A stretch of DNA of 56,140 bases, the filler included, from Dimargaris cristalligena (taxonomy: Eukaryota), in the NCBI GenBank assembly GCA_003614675.1. It is 3 parts of 3 records of this genome, joined end to end, with 100 filler letters (N's around TTAATTAATTAA, not from the genome) between each part and the next. Parts side by side here need not be neighbours in the genome. Positions count along the whole stretch, not along the records: positions 37,512 to 56,140 come from ML002761.1; 2 more parts are not named here. One strand, written 5' to 3'. The notes beneath the pieces are model-generated. The model was not told where the DNA came from. It worked only from the letters and a program-made list of their open reading frames with translations, and made no database searches. Position 1 is the stretch's first letter. Every line of letters starts with the position of its first letter. The translations under genes were made by a program, and so were the position numbers. Of this stretch, positions 50,425-56,140 are shown in pieces.

Positions 50425-52343
50425 GGTGGTGTTGTAGAGAATGGGATAAAGCGAGAGAAAAGTCGGTTCCAGCAATGTGTCAACGACGTGACGGGATAAG
50501 CGGGTGGACTTGGAAAGGTAAGAACAGAGATAGAGAGAGATAAAGGACTTTCCGCCACTGGAGGGCTGAAGCAAAGACGAGATAAAAGACGTGGAAAGGG
50601 GAAGCGATGAAGACTGGAAATAGGGGAGAATGGCTTATGGAATGGAGAACCCGCTGCTATTCTATTCTATTCTTGGGTGGTAGTGGTCGCTTTACTCTAT
50701 CAAAGAAAGGGGACGACTGCTTGGCGAAGAAGGACTACTATTACACTACACTGTCCCTGTCATGACGACGGCCACAACGAACTGGCAACGCCCTTTCTTT
50801 CGTGGGTGTTTCAAACATAGGGGGGACTACTATAGCTATCATATGGTATGGGGGCTGCTCTGTTGGAATGGCTGGGTGGTCAGGAGGATCCTAATCAACA
50901 CGTGACTTTATTTCAAAGCGAGGGTGGCGGTGGAAACTTCTCTCTCTCCCTTCCAATCCACCTTCCCCTTGTATAATCCATTAATTTAGGCTGCCTTGGC
51001 ACTATCGCCCTTCAACCCATGATGGACACACATTAGCGGTCAGACTGAAGGATTTCCAGAGTAGTATAGAGTAGTTAGTTAGTGGGTGAAAGTGGGAGGC
51101 GTGAGGCTTCCTCCTTTCTCCTGGTCTCTGTCTGATTGACATAAGAGATATTGGCTGCCAAAATGGAAATGGAAGAGAGAAGCACTAAGATTTAGGAGAG
51201 AGTAGCATAGTGGTGGTGGTTGGGAAGAAAGAAGCTGCCACCAGATCCATTCATTGCTGGGAGAATGGGATGGAATAATTTTCCCATTCTCTATGCATAT
51301 TCTACTACGACAACATGATCTGATTGTAGCGGGCAACCGCATATAGCCAGCCCACCGCCATTCCCTTCCCTTCTCTCTCGTTTATACCCCGCCCCGCATT
51401 AAGCCTCCCCCCTCTTCCTCTCTTTCTCTCTTTCTTTTCGCCTTACTTCGTTTATTATACTCTTGTGTTTACTTGTTTTTTATTACTATATCCTCGAGTT
51501 TGGCTACTTATACGAAGCCCGTTCCTTTAGTGCCACCAAACTCCTGTTTAGCTGCTTATATCAGTTTCGTTATCTATCTCCATCGCTCTTTTGTTAACCC
51601 TCTTCTCTTGCGCCCATACCTTTCCTCCCTTCTCGTTATCCGATCTCTAAGATATATCCCCCCACACACCGATCCCCTGTTGTTAGGTAAATATCACATC
51701 CTCGGTCTTGGATCACCGCCCTCCTTAGACAACTCATTCCCGGGGAATCCCCGTGTTTTATATTACGCGATCGGCTGGAGGCGGAATCCCATAGTCAAGA
51801 CCCATCGACGAGCCATCTGCCTAGATTGTCTATCACTGCCCGATTACTACTTACCGTGGAGTAGTGACTCTCCTCAACTTTAGGGTACCCTTTTACTTTA
51901 CCACTTTGCTTGTGAGGGTATTAACCTGGTCCCTCGAAAGAAAGGAGGGGCTAGTCCCCCTATCACTGGCAGTTAGTTTATGTTCCTTGCCTATTGTCTA
52001 ATTGGCTGGACCATACTTATTTAAAACACCCTAGCCCGACTTAGCTCCCGTCCACCTATTTCTCCCCCTCCCCCCTTATTTCACCCTCCCCTTTTTCCAT
52101 CCCACAGCTGCTTGGCTTTGGGTGTATTTGTCCTTCACGTCTGGTCGTCTTTTTCCAACTCACTGGCCCACCTCTTATCTTAGCCTCCCACTTCCAGAAC
52201 ATTCTCCATTGATCCTGCATCTAACCATAACCCGTCTTCTACATTCCCTCCTCTCTTCCCGATCTTCACCCCGAATCAACTTGTCATCCACCCTTCCCTC
52301 ACTCCGATCTAAAAGTACTTTCGTCTTTCCAACCCCAGTCAAA

Positions 52344-54065
52344 ATGACCTCCACCACATCTCACCCCACTACCTCCGACAAACCCAAAAAAGTCATTTCC
52401 CAGGAAGTCGGCTGGATGTTCGTCCGCCAGTATTATACTACTCTGAACAACACCCCCCAACGCCTCCACTGCTTCTATAACAAAGACTCGACCTTTATCC
52501 ACGGACGCGAAGGCGATTCCGTCACTGCCTGTTTTGGCCAGGAGGTAAGTATTTCATACAAGGAATTAATCGTCCGATTTATGTGCTTACCAACCCCCCT
52601 CTCTTTTATGTGAAATGGGGATATCAGGGAATTCCCTATAAACGTCACTCGAGTTTGATTGAACCCACTTTTCTAATTAGCCTGAAACTCCATACCAACT
52701 ATACGATGTGCTCTTCGATGCCTCCATTATTTTTGACTTGTTCATTTTGTTCTATTGTAGGAAATTCATGCCAAGATCACCGAGTCCAACTTCCAGGACT
52801 GCAAAGTGCTGGTCTCCAACGTCGATGCCCTGCCTTCTCTGAACGGTAGCATCATCATTCAGGTGCTCGGCGAGCTTTCCAATAACAATGGTCCCAGCCA
52901 GCGATTCACTCAGACCTTCTACCTGGTCGAACAGACCAACGGCTACTACGTCCTCAACGATATCTTCCGGTTCTTGAAGGACGATATCGACTCCGAATAC
53001 GTCGAAGCTGAGGTCGAGGTCCCCGAGCCCGAGGTACCCGTTGCCGAAGCCGTTCCCGAGGTTGTCGCCGTAGAGGCCACCCCCGCCCCGCAGCCCACAG
53101 TCGAGGCCGAGCCCGAAGCTGAGCCCGCCGCCCCTGAGGTCCCCACTCCTGCCCCTGAGGAGGCCCAGCCCGAGCCCGCCGCTCCCGCTGCCGAAGAACC
53201 CGCCCTGGTTGAGGAGACCCCCAAGGCCACCGAATCTTCCGCTGCCGCCCCCGTCGAAGGTGCCGCTGCCGCTGGCCCATGGAAGACCGCCAGCGCCTGG
53301 AGTAATGCCAACAAGGCCCCTGCCTCCGGTAAGCCCGAGGGTGAGACCGCCTCGGCCCAGGTCACCCCTGCTCCCTCTTCCACCGGCTCGGCCCCCGCTG
53401 CTGAGGCCGCTCCCAAAGACACCGCCCCCAAGAGCTGGGCCAATTTGGCCGCAAAGAATACCTCCAAGTGGGGTAGCAACGTCTCCGAGGTTCGCGGCAT
53501 CGTCACCAACGCCCCCGCCGCCCGCCCCGCTCCTACCGGCGCCCCTAAGCCCGATGCCAAGCGCGACACCAACAGTGGCTCGAACTTCAACGGCCGCCGG
53601 GAGCGCAACGACGAACTGACTGCTTTCGTCAAGGGCCTAAAGGAGGAGATGACCCAGAAGCAGCTCCGTGACGTTTTCGAGACCATGGGACCCGTTCGCT
53701 CCGTGGAGGTTTTCGCCCACAAGACCATCGCATACGTCGAATTCGGAACCCCCGAGGCCTACCGCCGAGCCCTCGACCAACACAAATTCACCGTGAACAA
53801 CTTCACCATTTTGGCTGAAGAGAAGCACTCTCGTCGGGGTCCCAGCGGCCCCCGCCACGGTGGAGCCCCCGGTAGCGGCGGTAACCCCCATCGTCGCGGC
53901 TCGCCAACGAACCCCCGGGAGTTTGGTCAATCCCATGGCGGTAGTGGATTTCCCCGCCGGGGCGGCGGTCACGGCCACACCGGTCGCGGAGGAGGTAGCA
54001 CTGGTGGACACCCCGGTGGCGCTAAGCCCGCGCGCAGTAGCGCCCCCCCCCCAGCCGGTAAATAA
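52344..54065 (+). CDS. NTF2 + RRM + RGG protein (G3BP/Bre5/Nxt3 family); exons 52344-52544 and 52761-54065
   Basis: NTF2 domain (EVGWMFVRQYYTTLN...LHCFY...RFTQTFYLVEQTNGYYVLNDIFRFL), acidic/Pro linker, PKSWANLAA, RRM (AYVEF), RGG tail; probable 5' UTR intron about 51687-52107. Confidence 0.92.
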
Positions 54066-55249
54066 GGTGGAGGAAAGTGTAGCGGCGATTTAGACGCTTT
54101 GTTGCTTTTTATCTTTCTCTACTTTTCCCCTTTTACCTTTTATCATTATATAAATAAATATTTTTTTCAAGTCTATAGTATCTTGCGTTAGTGGGTTGAT
54201 TTATATATGCACTTATATAGGGCTATATCTCTTAGTCCCGATCGCCCTTTAAAATCGACTGTGTTGCTCCTGTATTTTATGCTCTTAATTAACTTTTAGG
54301 TGACCATTATACGCGGCCCCTTTTTATATTCCTATTGGTCGAGCATATAGTTTTTATTTTACCGCAATTTTTTATATATAGCGACTTTATCTATTTCGGT
54401 TAGTACGCTGCAATATTTGGTTAATAATTTGCATACTATATATATATTGGTGATTATGTCATTTAAATTGAACCACTCGAGCACGATGGAGCGAGAAAGA
54501 TGTACAAGAGGGGTTGTTTATACGATGATGGAGGCTTTTAACGCGGTGGCCATTGCTGTACGGGCTTGATGGTGTAACTAATAAGTGGACCATGCGCATA
54601 ATTCCGCAGCAGGTGCATATACTGATGGGTTGAAGACCCATTACGCTTGCAGTCTTTTACATCTCCATGCCTAACGTAGAGTATATTTTCGACGTGGCCA
54701 TCTCTATATGGCTGTCATTATTATCTACCTTCCCGAGTTATTTCTGCCTTGCATTCCTCTGGGGTGTCTCGGCTTAATTTCACCACACCCTCATTGTATT
54801 TAGGTTTTCCAACTGCCATTGCAATCCTTTATAAAGGACAACATCCGTCAATGAGTAGAAAGAGATAAACATCATCCTTAACCCCAATTCACACTTTCAA
54901 TTACTCTACTCTCACATTTATCTACATCTTCCCTTATTGCATACACAGAATAAACCTTTATTGTTTAACAGCAACAGTGTCATTGAACGAAATGGGTGTT
55001 TTCATATGGAGATGCTCTTATATTATTAAAACACTCTTCACAGTACCAGAGGACAGGAAGAGGAGGAGGAGGAGGGGATGGTGTATGCCCCCAATTTTGA
55101 ACTAACACCTAAACTGAGTGATGGCTGGGCTACCCATTCTGACCAGTTGAACTAATAATGTGGCCCTGCAGAGTGATTTTTACCCTCAACCCATCACCTG
55201 CATCTGGCAACAACCTAATTAGGTTGATGTGCCTTATAGACAGCTGATT

Positions 55250-56062
55250 TCACTATTGCCTGGGTTCACCACTCTTAGTCTATCAAGAGTCCCAAGGATA
55301 GACTTCTAATAGTGAGTGGGGCTTAGACTCAGCTAAGTGGGCTACTAGCATCAGGTATGGGGTACAGTACTAACTAATAAAGGCTATGTCATGTATATGC
55401 AAGTGTCATGACTGGTTAATTCAAACTACAAGAATAACCAACCATATAAGTAAAACACCCATACCAATAGATGGGTAAATTAGCATTTAATATTATAGAA
55501 ATATATCCCCATTATCCTACTGTGTTTATTTACTATCACTATATTCCCCTTATTCTCTAGTTAATGATTCTTATTTATTAGTCATCACTATTCTCCCCCT
55601 GCCCCTTAAGCTTAAATATAACCCCAGCCATTTCCCCATAGCTTGCTCTTTAGCTTGCAACTTCTCTTTTATTTTTATCTTATTCTGATATTTTATTCTA
55701 ATAAATTTGTTTATGTCTTTCCAAGTCCTGTCTGTCCTATGGTACCTGGCCTTAATACTAGCCCATTATAATAGCAAGGGATATATAGTGGGTACACTTA
55801 CTAGTCAATACAAGGGTGGTAAGTATATATAGGGTTTATTAGGGTAAACCAGGGGGTAAGAATAAGCTCCAGAATCTAACTGGTCCCAATGGGGCCTGGT
55901 TATATATATACAGGGACAACTCCAGAGGGAGGTCATAAGGGAAGGATACTACTAAGACTAAGGTATAGGTGAATAGGTTAACCAGATAGTTGCTAGTATC
56001 TGGAAGACTCTGATGGTAACTGGAAGAGTCTCAGATTAGCACTTGAGTGATTAGTATAAAGA
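55250..56062 (-). mobile_element. Degenerate dispersed repeat, copy B, interrupted by a solo LTR
   Basis: Reverse complement aligns to 20848-21280 on both sides of the 55404-55773 insertion. Confidence 0.78.
55404..55773 (+). mobile_element. Putative 370-bp solo LTR with 5-bp target-site duplication GCAAG
   Basis: Absent from copy A; flanked by GCAAG at 55399-55403 and 55774-55778; begins TGTCATGA and ends TTATAATA (decayed ...ACA); internal TAAATATAA and AATAAA in LTR-like order. Confidence 0.7.
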
Positions 56063-56086
56063 GGCAGAGTCCAGAAGGGGAAGGGT

Positions 56087-56140
56087 TGTAAAGAACTGAA
56101 ATCAAATCCTTGAAAACTGAACTTTATTTGAAAAGATAGA
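56087..56140 (-). mobile_element. LTR terminus of the same family as 37280-37411, cut by the contig end
   Basis: TGTAAAGAACTGAAATCAAATCCTT(G/A)AAAACTGAACTTTATT is shared, and similarity begins exactly at TG. Confidence 0.75.

Noticed and set aside
54459..54880. Possible decayed small secreted-protein gene on the minus strand
   Set aside because: Fragments are protein-like but broken, with no homologue inside the window; unsupported without a search.
56073..56086. AGAAGGGGAAGGGT as the polypurine tract of a plus-strand retroelement
   Set aside because: TATA and AATAAA order in the 37280-37411 copy places this LTR on the minus strand, so the purine run is more likely flanking DNA; not fully excluded.

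Overview
Eukaryotic, intron-containing fungal DNA. The gene set, GC-rich coding sequence and 175-370 nt GT-AG introns suggest an early-diverging fungus, possibly Zoopagomycota; this is an inference. The window is three separate contigs (18,663, 18,648 and 18,629 nt) joined by artificial 100-nt N/TTAATTAATTAA/N spacers, so adjacency across 18664-18763 and 37412-37511 is meaningless. Contig 1: 3' half of tRNA-Ser(AGA), five-exon GPI11/PIG-F, an amino-acid permease, GPI12/PIG-L, RLP24, an HbrB/Bit61-like gene and the 3' end of an unknown spliced gene. Contig 2: CpG-depleted repeat DNA, SUS1, NDUFS6, a MITE-like element, a Pro-rich membrane protein with a Cys cluster, and a secreted protein with a bipartite NLS-like motif next to a decayed paralog cut by an LTR. 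Contig 3: an alpha-arrestin, a three-exon 83-aa Mrx7-like gene missed by the ORF track, a Pep12/Vam3-type syntaxin, a Bre5/G3BP-like gene and nested CpG-depleted LTR remnants. The most interesting signals are the candidate nuclear-effector family with its pseudogene, and C-to-T decay confined to repeats, possibly including CpA context (RIP-like).
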